DNA of 60,664 bases from a virus (taxonomy: Duplodnaviria; Caudoviricetes). A program made the translations under genes and the position numbers. The stretch spans positions 1 through 60,664 of the IMG/VR virus record IMGVR_UViG_3300021091_000080, one strand, 5' to 3'. Of this stretch, positions 51,244 through 57,779 are shown piece after piece. The notes under the pieces were generated by a model, which was given only the letters and a program-made list of their open reading frames with translations, was not told where the DNA came from and did not search any database. The stretch's first letter is position 1. The number at the start of each line of letters is the position of its first letter.

Positions 51244-51296
51244 CTGTTTTTTCCAATTAAGGTTAAACAGAACTTTTTACGGGGTTGCTATCCCGC
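51243..51296 (-). ncRNA. Candidate structured 5' leader / cis-regulatory RNA
   Basis: Two hairpins after the late promoter ATTAAATA (51304-51311): cggg/cccg, and tctgttt/aaacaga, which encloses the RBS and the A of ATG. Confidence 0.4.
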
Positions 51297-51310
51297 CTAA
51301 AACTATTTAA

Positions 51311-51457
51311 TCAGTTTCCTTGTCCGCGATAACGCTTCTTACGACCATTACGAGCTGTTGCACCCAAATGAGTATTCTTAGAACGACCCTGACGAGTTTT
51401 CTTTGGGGCTCCCTCAATGTAATTAGATTTAACAAGACCAATCTTTGATTTTGCCAT
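51311..51457 (-). CDS. Small highly basic protein (48 aa)
   Basis: Hand-called: MAKSKIGLVKSNYIEGAPKKTRQGRSKNTHLGATARNGRKKRYRGQGN; late-promoter-like ATTAAATA at 51464-51471. Confidence 0.8.
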   Translation of the reverse strand: MAKSKIGLVKSNYIEGAPKKTRQGRSKNTHLGATARNGRKKRYRGQGN

Positions 51458-51493
51458 AAATTTTATTTAATGAACTATAATATTATACAAGAA

Positions 51494-51838
51494 TTATTTT
51501 TGACTGTCAATCAGTACAGTCGTTGCTCCAAATGCTGCTACTTGTCCTGCAGGACCCACAGGACTTGTTAACTCACTACCAATATATGCCATTGGTTTTT
51601 TGTCCACAAATACTGTCGGAGAACCAGTTGAAATTGTGTCTGAGTGAAGGTCAGGAGGCGTTGGAAGCATCGAAAAATGTGGTAAGGTACTATCCCCTAC
51701 CCTATGTACATTCTTGCCCTCTATAAAGACCCCTTCTGATGCTCCTGTTGGAGGTGCCTGATACCCGACAGGAGGCCAAGGACCATGCCCTGTTGTCATA
51801 TCAGCGGGAGAATACAATGCTGGAACTGTATTTGACAT
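51494..51838 (-). CDS. PAAR-like spike tip protein (gp5.4-like)
   Basis: TTGHG.WPP, VFIEGKNVHRVGD...H and H...ISTGSPTVFVDKKPMAYIG; His metal ligands. Confidence 0.85.
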   Translation of the reverse strand: MSNTVPALYSPADMTTGHGPWPPVGYQAPPTGASEGVFIEGKNVHRVGDSTLPHFSMLPTPPDLHSDTISTGSPTVFVDKKPMAYIGSELTSPVGPAGQVAAFGATTVLIDSQK

Positions 51839-52702
51839 TTAGATACCTGGCAATAAACCACCAAACGTTCTTCTATTTAATGCGTAACGTAATCGTTCCT
51901 GTGCTGCTTTTTTATTATTTTGCACTGTCATGTGCGCGGTAAATGGAAATGTTCCGCGATTACTAATAATATTTCCCGTAAAATAAAATCGAAGTTTTTT
52001 GATCTCCGATGGTTTGTAGGATATTACTCTTTCAGACAAGAGTATATATGACTGCATTACTTCAGGACCGTATGTATATGCGGCAGCAATCGACATAGGA
52101 TAAAAATTATTCACATTAATCCCCGCTGGAATTATACCAGTCAGAGTCTCTAAGAAATTCACAGACTTCACAAAACCTTTCTTATCTCTAGTAAACCGAA
52201 TACCAGTAGCACTAAACTTCGCAATCGCATTCTCGTACTGTAAAATCCACTCCTGATCATAAAAGTTTCTCTCAGTAAAATAACCACTTACAGATACTGT
52301 AGGACCAGACGGTGTAATAATTACAAATGGCTCTACAAACAATGGAGGCGCCCAATATGGTGTCACAGGTATCTCAAACTCAGTGTCCTGCGATCGAGTA
52401 ATATCTGCCCCTGGCAATGGTTCCTCAAGTACGCATGAATTCATTGTAAGAGTGATTGCTGTGATAACCTCTAATGGATCAGTAGGAATTGCCGAAATTG
52501 TTAGACTAAAGTCCTGATACGGTGAAATATAGTCATTGCTATTCGCTATCTCTCCATCCTGCAGTAATCTTGCAATTGCTGCAGGTCCGAGTGTTGGTTT
52601 GAACTCATACTGACTGGAAACCACCCCACTCAGTAAAGTTCTAATTGGTGGAGTGATCGGTGGTATTCCAACGGTTATATTATCTGTCAGTAATGTTGCC
52701 AT
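51839..52702 (-). CDS. Hypothetical protein (287 aa)
   Basis: Long ORF abutting its neighbours; no recognised motif. Confidence 0.75.
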   Translation of the reverse strand: MATLLTDNITVGIPPITPPIRTLLSGVVSSQYEFKPTLGPAAIARLLQDGEIANSNDYISPYQDFSLTISAIPTDPLEVITAITLTMNSCVLEEPLPGADITRSQDTEFEIPVTPYWAPPLFVEPFVIITPSGPTVSVSGYFTERNFYDQEWILQYENAIAKFSATGIRFTRDKKGFVKSVNFLETLTGIIPAGINVNNFYPMSIAAAYTYGPEVMQSYILLSERVISYKPSEIKKLRFYFTGNIISNRGTFPFTAHMTVQNNKKAAQERLRYALNRRTFGGLLPGI

Positions 52703-52917
52703 TATCGTGTCGCTAAACGATATACATCTTCCTTCACTCCTTCAATATTATTATGAAGATAATCTAAAGTATTTGATAAACTTTCGTAATCCTCTTTTGT
52801 TGGACGCTTATACATTAATTGAAAAGGAATTGGAATTTGTTCCACTCGCTTCTCTAATGCTTCGATCCTACTCTCCAATGAATTCAGCTTTTCCAAAATC
52901 TTCTGTGTCAAATCCAT
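52702..52917 (-). CDS. Hypothetical coiled-coil protein
   Basis: Coiled-coil followed by LMYKRP...LDYLH. Confidence 0.75.
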   Translation of the reverse strand: MDLTQKILEKLNSLESRIEALEKRVEQIPIPFQLMYKRPTKEDYESLSNTLDYLHNNIEGVKEDVYRLATR

Positions 52918-53104
52918 TTGTAACCTTCTCTGTTCTAGTCATATTATCATAAAGCGTTTCAACATCATACTGTGGCGTATTCACACCATTTGCATAATAG
53001 TCAAGTGCCATATCTTCGATGGTCTCGGCAAATTCGTTGAAATCATCAAACAGTTGCTCTTTGAGTGTACCGTCTGGTGTTTTAATCTTAATCCTGTGCT
53101 GCAT
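52868..53104 (-). CDS. Hypothetical acidic protein
   Basis: ORF track; overlaps the next gene by 50 nt. Confidence 0.65.
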   Translation of the reverse strand: MQHRIKIKTPDGTLKEQLFDDFNEFAETIEDMALDYYANGVNTPQYDVETLYDNMTRTEKVTNGFDTEDFGKAEFIGE

Positions 53105-53246
53105 AACTTTTTTTACCTTTTTTTACCTGGGGAAATTTTTTGAATAGATGGGAACCCATTATCTTAAATGTCTCTCCCACACATATTGAAATATACCAAA
53201 ATTCATCGAACGGCGTTATCGTCGTCCCATAAATCGACTTTTTCAT
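53088..53246 (-). CDS. Hypothetical protein (52 aa)
   Basis: Hand-called: MKKSIYGTTITPFDEFWYISICVGETFKIMGSHLFKKFPQVKKGKKSYAAQD; late promoter GATAAATA at 53291-53298. Confidence 0.6.
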   Translation of the reverse strand: MKKSIYGTTITPFDEFWYISICVGETFKIMGSHLFKKFPQVKKGKKSYAAQD

Positions 53247-53339
53247 ACTCTAATACCCACGGAAATTTTTTATTTCGGGTTCCTTTGAAATATTTATCGG
53301 TCGTCTGGATACTTTTGTAGGTTAGAGAGGGTCAAATAT

Positions 53340-53402
53340 GGGACCCGCTCGGCCCCGCCGATCGGACGGGTAGGGGGGCATTATACTGTCCCCCCAGGGG
53401 GG
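53340..53402. other. GC-rich structured element at the early/late junction
   Basis: Nested stems acccg/cgggt and tcggc/gccga; G6/C6/G6 tracts around a minus-strand TATAAT at 53380-53385. Confidence 0.55.
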
Positions 53403-53564
53403 TCACCAACGCTGGCGATCGTAGCAGGCATCTGCCCAACCGTCACGCTCCCAGCGGCGGGCATCGAAGTCGTCTGCATCCATCAGGTCGTCGTGCTCAC
53501 AGTCCAGAAAGCGGTCATCGTACTGGGGGGCGAACTGGGAGCGGTAACCTTGGGAAGTGGTCAT
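53403..53564 (-). CDS. Early-type acidic hypothetical protein (53 aa)
   Basis: Hand-called: MTTSQGYRSQFAPQYDDRFLDCEHDDLMDADDFDARRWERDGWADACYDRQRW; directly after a promoter module. Confidence 0.75.
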   Translation of the reverse strand: MTTSQGYRSQFAPQYDDRFLDCEHDDLMDADDFDARRWERDGWADACYDRQRW

Positions 53565-53591
53565 GGGTTGTTTCGTTTGGTTGATGTGATC

Positions 53592-53650
53592 AGTCTACAG
53601 GGTCAGGGCATCTGGCAGGCGCCAGGGAGGACACTGTTGTAGGTGTCACA
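53592..53650 (-). promoter_or_regulatory. Early promoter module copy 1
   Basis: -10 TAGACT at 53592-53597; inverted repeat at 53627-53650, inside the upstream CDS. Confidence 0.75.
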
Positions 53651-53779
53651 GCGGCGCTCGGTGGCAGCGTTCACGCTCTGCACGGTGTCAGCAGCGAACT
53701 CGATGACAGCAGCGCCAGCAGCAGTGATGGGGGCATAGAAGGCGGCGCCGAGGGCAAGGGTGAGGATGGTCTTGGGCAT
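53603..53779 (-). CDS. Small secreted or membrane protein (58 aa)
   Basis: Likely start MPKTILTLALGAAFYAPITA, downstream of the promoter; signal-peptide-like. Confidence 0.7.
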   Translation of the reverse strand: MPKTILTLALGAAFYAPITAAGAAVIEFAADTVQSVNAATERRCDTYNSVLPGACQMP

Positions 53780-53801
53780 GGGTCGTTTGCTTGTTGTGGT
53801 T

Positions 53802-53861
53802 AGTCTACAGGGTCGGTCGGTCGATTTGGGGTCAGGTGGGGACAGTGCCCCAACCGTCACA
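53802..53861 (-). promoter_or_regulatory. Early promoter module copy 2
   Basis: -10 TAGACT at 53802-53807; IR at 53838-53861. Confidence 0.75.
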
Positions 53862-54030
53862 GGATCTGCAGGTCGTCAAGGATCACCCCATCCTTGCGGA
53901 TCTCAGCGTAGACGAACTCGTCTGCCTTGATGGCGAGCAGGCGCTGCGCCTCTGCCCAGGTCTGGCAGTCGATGGATTCCCAGGGGTCAGACGGGACGAA
54001 GACGGTGAAGCGGGTTTGGTTGTTTTTCAT
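53857..54030 (-). CDS. Hypothetical protein (57 aa), probably leaderless
   Basis: Hand-called: MKNNQTRFTVFVPSDPWESIDCQTWAEAQRLLAIKADEFVYAEIRKDGVILDDLQIL. Confidence 0.75.
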   Translation of the reverse strand: MKNNQTRFTVFVPSDPWESIDCQTWAEAQRLLAIKADEFVYAEIRKDGVILDDLQIL

Positions 54031-54036
54031 GCTGTC

Positions 54037-54094
54037 AGTCTACAGGGTCGGGGGGCAGCGTTGCCCCCTGGTGGACACCTCACAGGGTGACCAT
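54037..54094 (-). promoter_or_regulatory. Early promoter module copy 3, with GC hairpin
   Basis: -10 TAGACT at 54037-54042; stem gggggca/tgccccc at 54051-54068; degenerate IR at 54071-54094. Confidence 0.7.
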
Positions 54095-54337
54095 CATGTC
54101 CACCATCTCCTGGGCGTCGATCTTATCGTCATCCCACGCTACGCCGTCGGGGGTCTGCCCGAGCATCCGCCCGATCTGTCCCTGCATCATGCAACGCTGG
54201 AACTTCTGCCAGGGGGTCTCGTTGTCACCGCAGAAGGTCACACACGCCTTAGCGGTATTGTAGAGGAACTCATCGTTCTGCATCCAGAGGGAAGCGTTCC
54301 AGGTCTCGTAGTTTGCCCAACCGTTGTAGGTCGTCAT
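54080..54337 (-). CDS. Conserved phage hypothetical protein (YNGWxNYETW family)
   Basis: YNGWANYETWNASLWMQNDEFLY...TPDGVAW. Confidence 0.85.
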   Translation of the reverse strand: MTTYNGWANYETWNASLWMQNDEFLYNTAKACVTFCGDNETPWQKFQRCMMQGQIGRMLGQTPDGVAWDDDKIDAQEMVDMMVTL

Positions 54338-54364
54338 GGGTTGTCTCGTTTGGTTGATGGGTTT

Positions 54365-54423
54365 AGTCTACAGGGTCACGGTCTGGTGGCGCTGCAGGAG
54401 TGTGCGGTTCACCCACTGTCCCA
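54365..54423 (-). promoter_or_regulatory. Early promoter module copy 4
   Basis: -10 TAGACT at 54365-54370; degenerate IR at 54400-54423 inside the CDS. Confidence 0.65.
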
Positions 54424-54613
54424 GCGAAGCGCCAGGGTTGACCATCAGGCGTAGCATGTCACGACGGCGGCAGTCATGGGCGGTCACGCTGCCCGAGTGC
54501 CACTGCACAATGGCACGACCAGTCAGTGGCGACAGGATGACACGCTCACAGGCAGACGATGGGCGCTGCACGTTGATGAAGACGGGCAGGTGATCGATGG
54601 CGAAGTCCAGCAT
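54368..54613 (-). CDS. KTSC-like small protein
   Basis: SSA...AIVQWHSG...ASLGQWVN pattern; the fold call is tentative. Confidence 0.65.
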   Translation of the reverse strand: MLDFAIDHLPVFINVQRPSSACERVILSPLTGRAIVQWHSGSVTAHDCRRRDMLRLMVNPGASLGQWVNRTLLQRHQTVTL

Positions 54614-54634
54614 AGTGTGGTGGTTGTTGTGGTT

Positions 54635-54694
54635 AGTCTAGAGGGTCAGGGGGGAGAATGGGGGCATCTGGTGGACACCCCCTACACTGTCACA
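54635..54694 (-). promoter_or_regulatory. Early promoter module copy 5
   Basis: -10 TAGACT at 54635-54640; IR at 54671-54694. Confidence 0.75.
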
Positions 54695-54887
54695 TCCCGT
54701 TCAGGAAGTCGTGCAGATCCTCCCTATACTCTGCTTCGGTCTGATAGGTGCGACCGTGGATCGTGCGAGGGTAGGTCGCCACAGGGGCAGGCGCCCTGCT
54801 GGGTTCCTTGCCCTGGGAGAGGATCTGAGCAACGTAGGGGTTCACGTCGTAGATCTCGCCAGGCATGTCTTGGATCTCATCCCACAT
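54690..54887 (-). CDS. Hypothetical protein
   Basis: MWDEIQDMPGEIYD...; lies between two promoter modules. Confidence 0.75.
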   Translation of the reverse strand: MWDEIQDMPGEIYDVNPYVAQILSQGKEPSRAPAPVATYPRTIHGRTYQTEAEYREDLHDFLNGM

Positions 54888-54915
54888 AGGTTTGGTTCGT
54901 TTGGTTGATGCTGTT

Positions 54916-54974
54916 AGTATGGCACCCCTTGGTGGGGTTTGGGGCAGTTGGTGGACAGTGCCTCAGGTGTCACA
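54916..54974 (-). promoter_or_regulatory. Early promoter module copy 6
   Basis: Extended -10 TGcCATACT (hexamer 54916-54921); IR at 54951-54974. Confidence 0.75.
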
Positions 54975-55530
54975 GTCCTTTCTCTTCAAGAATAGGGGCG
55001 ACAACCTCACGAAGGAATGTAAAGTATTCGTCAGATGTGAAGGGGGCATCGATGACAGCGAGCAGGTCATTCACGCCCCAGACGTTCATACCTTTGTTGG
55101 CATACTTTGTCTGCTCACTGTTGCTCACTGTAGCGACGACAGGTACAAAGTAAGCAGCATAGATGTTGCCGAGGTGAGAGGCAATGGCATTTACTTTGTC
55201 ATTGCTAGCACGAATCTTCTCGCTGTCAAAGTTAAGATTGCACTTGCTCTCCAGGTAATAGTTCTGGGCATCAATCTTAAACAAGTGATCAATCTGGCGT
55301 TGGCGACCGTTAATGTCGAGCAGGTTCGATTCTTCGATCAGGTTGTCTGCTTTACTGTCGCTAATCACTTGATTCCAGAAACGCTCAATCCGCTCACCAA
55401 ATGCAATCAGAATAGATTGGGGAGAGATACGGTCATCGAGACCAAGTGCCTGCAGGATGTGAGATTCAGTTTGCTTTGGTTCAATAGAGAGAACCAGGGG
55501 CAGCAGGTTGGATTCGAGGTAGGCGGTCAT
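54970..55530 (-). CDS. PD-(D/E)XK restriction-endonuclease-like nuclease
   Basis: FGERIE helix followed by QIDHLF...YLESK (D...E-x-K). Confidence 0.7.
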   Translation of the reverse strand: MTAYLESNLLPLVLSIEPKQTESHILQALGLDDRISPQSILIAFGERIERFWNQVISDSKADNLIEESNLLDINGRQRQIDHLFKIDAQNYYLESKCNLNFDSEKIRASNDKVNAIASHLGNIYAAYFVPVVATVSNSEQTKYANKGMNVWGVNDLLAVIDAPFTSDEYFTFLREVVAPILEEKGL

Positions 55531-55551
55531 GGGTTGTTTGCTGATGTGGTT

Positions 55552-55611
55552 AGTCTACAGGGTCAGCGAGCGATCAGGTCGCCTGTAGTGTACAGTGCGT
55601 GAGCTGTCACA
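55552..55611 (-). promoter_or_regulatory. Early promoter module copy 7
   Basis: -10 TAGACT at 55552-55557; IR at 55588-55611 inside the CDS. Confidence 0.75.
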
Positions 55612-55688
55612 CTGCGGACAGGGGCAAGCGGTCCCCACAGTAGGATGACCGCTGCACAGATGGCGATGGTACGCATGTTCTTTTTCAT
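55563..55688 (-). CDS. Small membrane peptide (41 aa)
   Basis: MKKNMRTIAICAAVILLWGPLAPVRSVTAHALYTTGDLIAR; TGATG-coupled to the upstream ORF. Confidence 0.7.
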   Translation of the reverse strand: MKKNMRTIAICAAVILLWGPLAPVRSVTAHALYTTGDLIAR

Positions 55689-55849
55689 CAGTGGCGATCG
55701 CTGATGTTCCAGTTGGTGATGGGGGCAGGCACAGGGCGGATGCCTTGGCGGATCTCCTGGCGGATCTGCTCCTCGCGGATCACCTTGGCGGTGTACTCTG
55801 CCATCACGGTGGCGAGGAGTTCGTCGTGGGTCATCTTGGTTTTGTTCAT
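55688..55849 (-). CDS. Hypothetical protein (53 aa), probably leaderless
   Basis: Hand-called: MNKTKMTHDELLATVMAEYTAKVIREEQIRQEIRQGIRPVPAPITNWNISDRH; short IRxx tandem repeat. Confidence 0.7.
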   Translation of the reverse strand: MNKTKMTHDELLATVMAEYTAKVIREEQIRQEIRQGIRPVPAPITNWNISDRH

Positions 55850-55855
55850 GCTGTA

Positions 55856-55915
55856 ATTCTACAGGGTCACTGTCCGCCGATGGGGGCACCAATGGACACT
55901 TTGGGAGGTGGCACA
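55856..55915 (-). promoter_or_regulatory. Early promoter module copy 8
   Basis: -10 TAGAAT at 55856-55861; IR at 55892-55915. Confidence 0.75.
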
Positions 55916-56022
55916 CGATAGTCGCTGACGGGCAGGAGATGGACTAACCAGGACACCGCCACCACACCAACGGAGCAGCACAGCATGATCTCTATAGTTT
56001 TCTGGAAATCTTTATCAATCAT
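55867..56022 (-). CDS. Small membrane peptide (51 aa)
   Basis: MIDKDFQKTIEIMLCCSVGVVAVSWLVHLL...; start overlaps the upstream stop, and the C-terminus is encoded by the promoter module. Confidence 0.55.
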   Translation of the reverse strand: MIDKDFQKTIEIMLCCSVGVVAVSWLVHLLPVSDYRVPPPKVSIGAPIGGQ

Positions 56023-56203
56023 TGTCATCCAGCAGTTCGGGGTAGTACTCTTCAACCTCTGCAATCAGGTCTTCATCACTATAACCTTGCAGATTATCTT
56101 GTAGAGCATCATATACAAAACGTTCCATCGTTTTGAAGTCCATACTATCAATCACCTGTTGAATGTATGATTCTTGGAGTGCAGTGCGGTTCATGATGTT
56201 CAC
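56015..56203 (-). CDS. Hypothetical acidic protein
   Basis: YIQQVIDSMD...EVEEYYPELL. Confidence 0.8.
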   Translation of the reverse strand: MNIMNRTALQESYIQQVIDSMDFKTMERFVYDALQDNLQGYSDEDLIAEVEEYYPELLDDND

Positions 56204-56412
56204 TTCAGAATGATACGATAATCAATGGACTTAATGCACCAACCTGATGCACAACTTATCTCTTCAATTAAATCCTCTTCATTGTTTGCTTCCCAAATAC
56301 TGCCGATGTAACGAGTGGGCAGGAACTCTTCATTTTCAAGTTGATCTTTCTCAGTCCAATCATCATCATCTAAACTACAATCAAACTCGATAGAAGTAAT
56401 CTGGAATTGCAT
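56200..56412 (-). CDS. Hypothetical protein
   Basis: MQFQITSIEFD...WEA..EEDLIEEISCASGWCIKSIDY. Confidence 0.8.
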   Translation of the reverse strand: MQFQITSIEFDCSLDDDDWTEKDQLENEEFLPTRYIGSIWEANNEEDLIEEISCASGWCIKSIDYRIILK

Positions 56413-56555
56413 CAGGCAACCTCATCACGAAGTACGGTCAGGATGTCATGGAGTTCGGTAACATTAGCACCGACGATCTCACTAACCTCATCCCAATCAT
56501 CGTGGAACTCAATCAGTTGGAGGAGAGCATCTACCTGCTCAAATGTTAGTGTCAT
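56412..56555 (-). CDS. Hypothetical acidic protein (47 aa)
   Basis: Hand-called: MTLTFEQVDALLQLIEFHDDWDEVSEIVGANVTELHDILTVLRDEVA; translationally coupled at both ends. Confidence 0.75.
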   Translation of the reverse strand: MTLTFEQVDALLQLIEFHDDWDEVSEIVGANVTELHDILTVLRDEVA

Positions 56556-56677
56556 TTCCGAAATGGAGAATTGAAGTAACGAGTGAAGCATAGCACCAGA
56601 ATGATGCCCGTGGAGATGACACCGACCAGTCCTAGAACTGTCACACCATCGCCAGTAAATCCGTAAGTGTCAGGCAT
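56552..56677 (-). CDS. Single-pass membrane peptide (41 aa)
   Basis: Hand-called: MPDTYGFTGDGVTVLGLVGVISTGIILVLCFTRYFNSPFRK. Confidence 0.75.
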   Translation of the reverse strand: MPDTYGFTGDGVTVLGLVGVISTGIILVLCFTRYFNSPFRK

Positions 56678-56697
56678 AAAATCTCAGGAACAAATGT

Positions 56698-56757
56698 AAT
56701 GTAACAGGGAACGGGGCAACAATCAAGTGACCTTGTGCCACTTCTCAAACTGGCATA
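56698..56757 (-). promoter_or_regulatory. Early promoter module copy 9
   Basis: TTGATT-17-TACATT with extended TG; IR at 56734-56757. Confidence 0.75.
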
Positions 56758-56931
56758 TCAGAATACCACTTGGCGACCATCCCAGGTAATGATATATCCA
56801 GGATCAGGAAGTTGAGCAGTACTGCTATCAACTGACTGAGAAACATCTCCAATCAAATTATCAAGAATAGAAAGAATTTGCTTTCCATTCTTACCACGAC
56901 GAAGAGCAGAAATCATCAATTTAGTAGACAT
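56758..56931 (-). CDS. Hypothetical protein (57 aa)
   Basis: Hand-called: MSTKLMISALRRGKNGKQILSILDNLIGD...WDGRQVVF. Confidence 0.7.
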   Translation of the reverse strand: MSTKLMISALRRGKNGKQILSILDNLIGDVSQSVDSSTAQLPDPGYIITWDGRQVVF

Positions 56932-56933
56932 AA

Positions 56934-57056
56934 TCAATCCTGAGTAGTGTAATCAAGTTCAACAATAATTTCTATAGAATTATCTTCCAATTCAACTTCT
57001 TCTTTCTCATTATTATAGTATAGTAATTCTTCTAGAATATATTCTTGAAATGTCAT
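56934..57056 (-). CDS. Very acidic peptide (40 aa)
   Basis: Hand-called: MTFQEYILEELLYYNNEKEEVELEDNSIEIIVELDYTTQD. Confidence 0.6.
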   Translation of the reverse strand: MTFQEYILEELLYYNNEKEEVELEDNSIEIIVELDYTTQD

Positions 57057-57078
57057 AGTAGTTAACTCTTACAATACT

Positions 57079-57107
57079 ATTTTATCAATTAAATATTAAA
57101 TTGTAAA
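57079..57107 (-). promoter_or_regulatory. sigma70 promoter TTTACA-17-TAAAAT
   Basis: -35 at 57102-57107 and -10 at 57079-57084; no IR module. Confidence 0.6.
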
Positions 57108-57130
57108 GTTTTGAAATATTAAATTTTTAG

Positions 57131-57180
57131 ATTTTTGAGAATTCTCAATTTTTTGATTTTTTGAGAATTCTCAATTTTTG
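57131..57180. repeat. Tandem pair of perfect 14-bp palindromes TTGAGAATTCTCAA in a T-tract region
   Basis: Copies at 57135-57148 and 57161-57174. Confidence 0.85.
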
Positions 57181-57184
57181 GGAA

Positions 57185-57511
57185 TTACCCCAGGCGCATA
57201 GAACTAAAGAAAGGAACAGTAGACAGACCTTGAACAGTATTCATTTGAAGGAACCACTGCCAACCCTTTTGAAACACTCGATCTCCAGGTTCGCCATGTG
57301 CCTGCAGAATAGCATTCAGACGAGACTTGGTGGTGACAGTAGGATGATCACCATCAAACAAACGAATGAAGGTGTCACCAACCTCAGCAATCTTGTTACC
57401 ATGAAGAAACACAATTGCGAGACCATCCTCGTGCTCTACACGAGTGTTGGCAAGTTTGAACTCGGTGCCGTTGGTGATGGCAGCGTTCATCAGTCGTTCG
57501 ATCTTACGCAT
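57185..57511 (-). CDS. Conserved cyanophage hypothetical protein
   Basis: MRKIE..MN.AI, VFLHGNKIA and TVTTKSRLNAIL motifs. Confidence 0.85.
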   Translation of the reverse strand: MRKIERLMNAAITNGTEFKLANTRVEHEDGLAIVFLHGNKIAEVGDTFIRLFDGDHPTVTTKSRLNAILQAHGEPGDRVFQKGWQWFLQMNTVQGLSTVPFFSSMRLG

Positions 57512-57536
57512 GAGAGGCGTTTCGGTTGATGTATAC

Positions 57537-57596
57537 AGTATGGCAGGGATTCGGGGGGAAGTCTAGGGGGTATGTGCCACTTCCTAGACTGGCACA
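57537..57596 (-). promoter_or_regulatory. Early promoter module copy 10
   Basis: TAGACT-17-CATACT; IR at 57573-57596. Confidence 0.8.
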
Positions 57597-57598
57597 AA

Positions 57599-57757
57599 CT
57601 AGATCACAGAAACTTCGACACGCTTAAGATTCAAACCAGCGAGTTGATTCAATACACGATCGTGAATAGTATCGCAGGCATTCTTTAACTTAGAACGCTC
57701 ATACCAGATAGTAATACAACCGTCGTAGGTTTGCACTTCGATTCGGATGTCTTTCAT
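57599..57757 (-). CDS. Hypothetical protein (52 aa)
   Basis: Hand-called: MKDIRIEVQTYDGCITIWYERSKLKNACDTIHDRVLNQLAGLNLKRVEVSVI. Confidence 0.75.
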   Translation of the reverse strand: MKDIRIEVQTYDGCITIWYERSKLKNACDTIHDRVLNQLAGLNLKRVEVSVI

Positions 57758-57779
57758 TTGAAATTTTGACGACTTGAGT

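Noticed and set aside
53780-53860. N-terminal extension of ORF 53603-53860
   Set aside because: The extension is promoter module 2; the ATG at 53779 follows the typical A/C-rich leader.
53592-55868. Repeated AGTCTACAGGGTC as a CRISPR array or integron attC sites
   Set aside because: The repeat is only about 13 bp, the intervals are 200-900 bp and protein-coding, and there is no cas or integrase gene. It is explained as the -10 region of a promoter module.
55563-55916. 117-aa ORF as given in the track
   Set aside because: Its 5' part crosses a promoter module and overlaps a better ORF in another frame (55688-55849); only 55563-55688 is kept.
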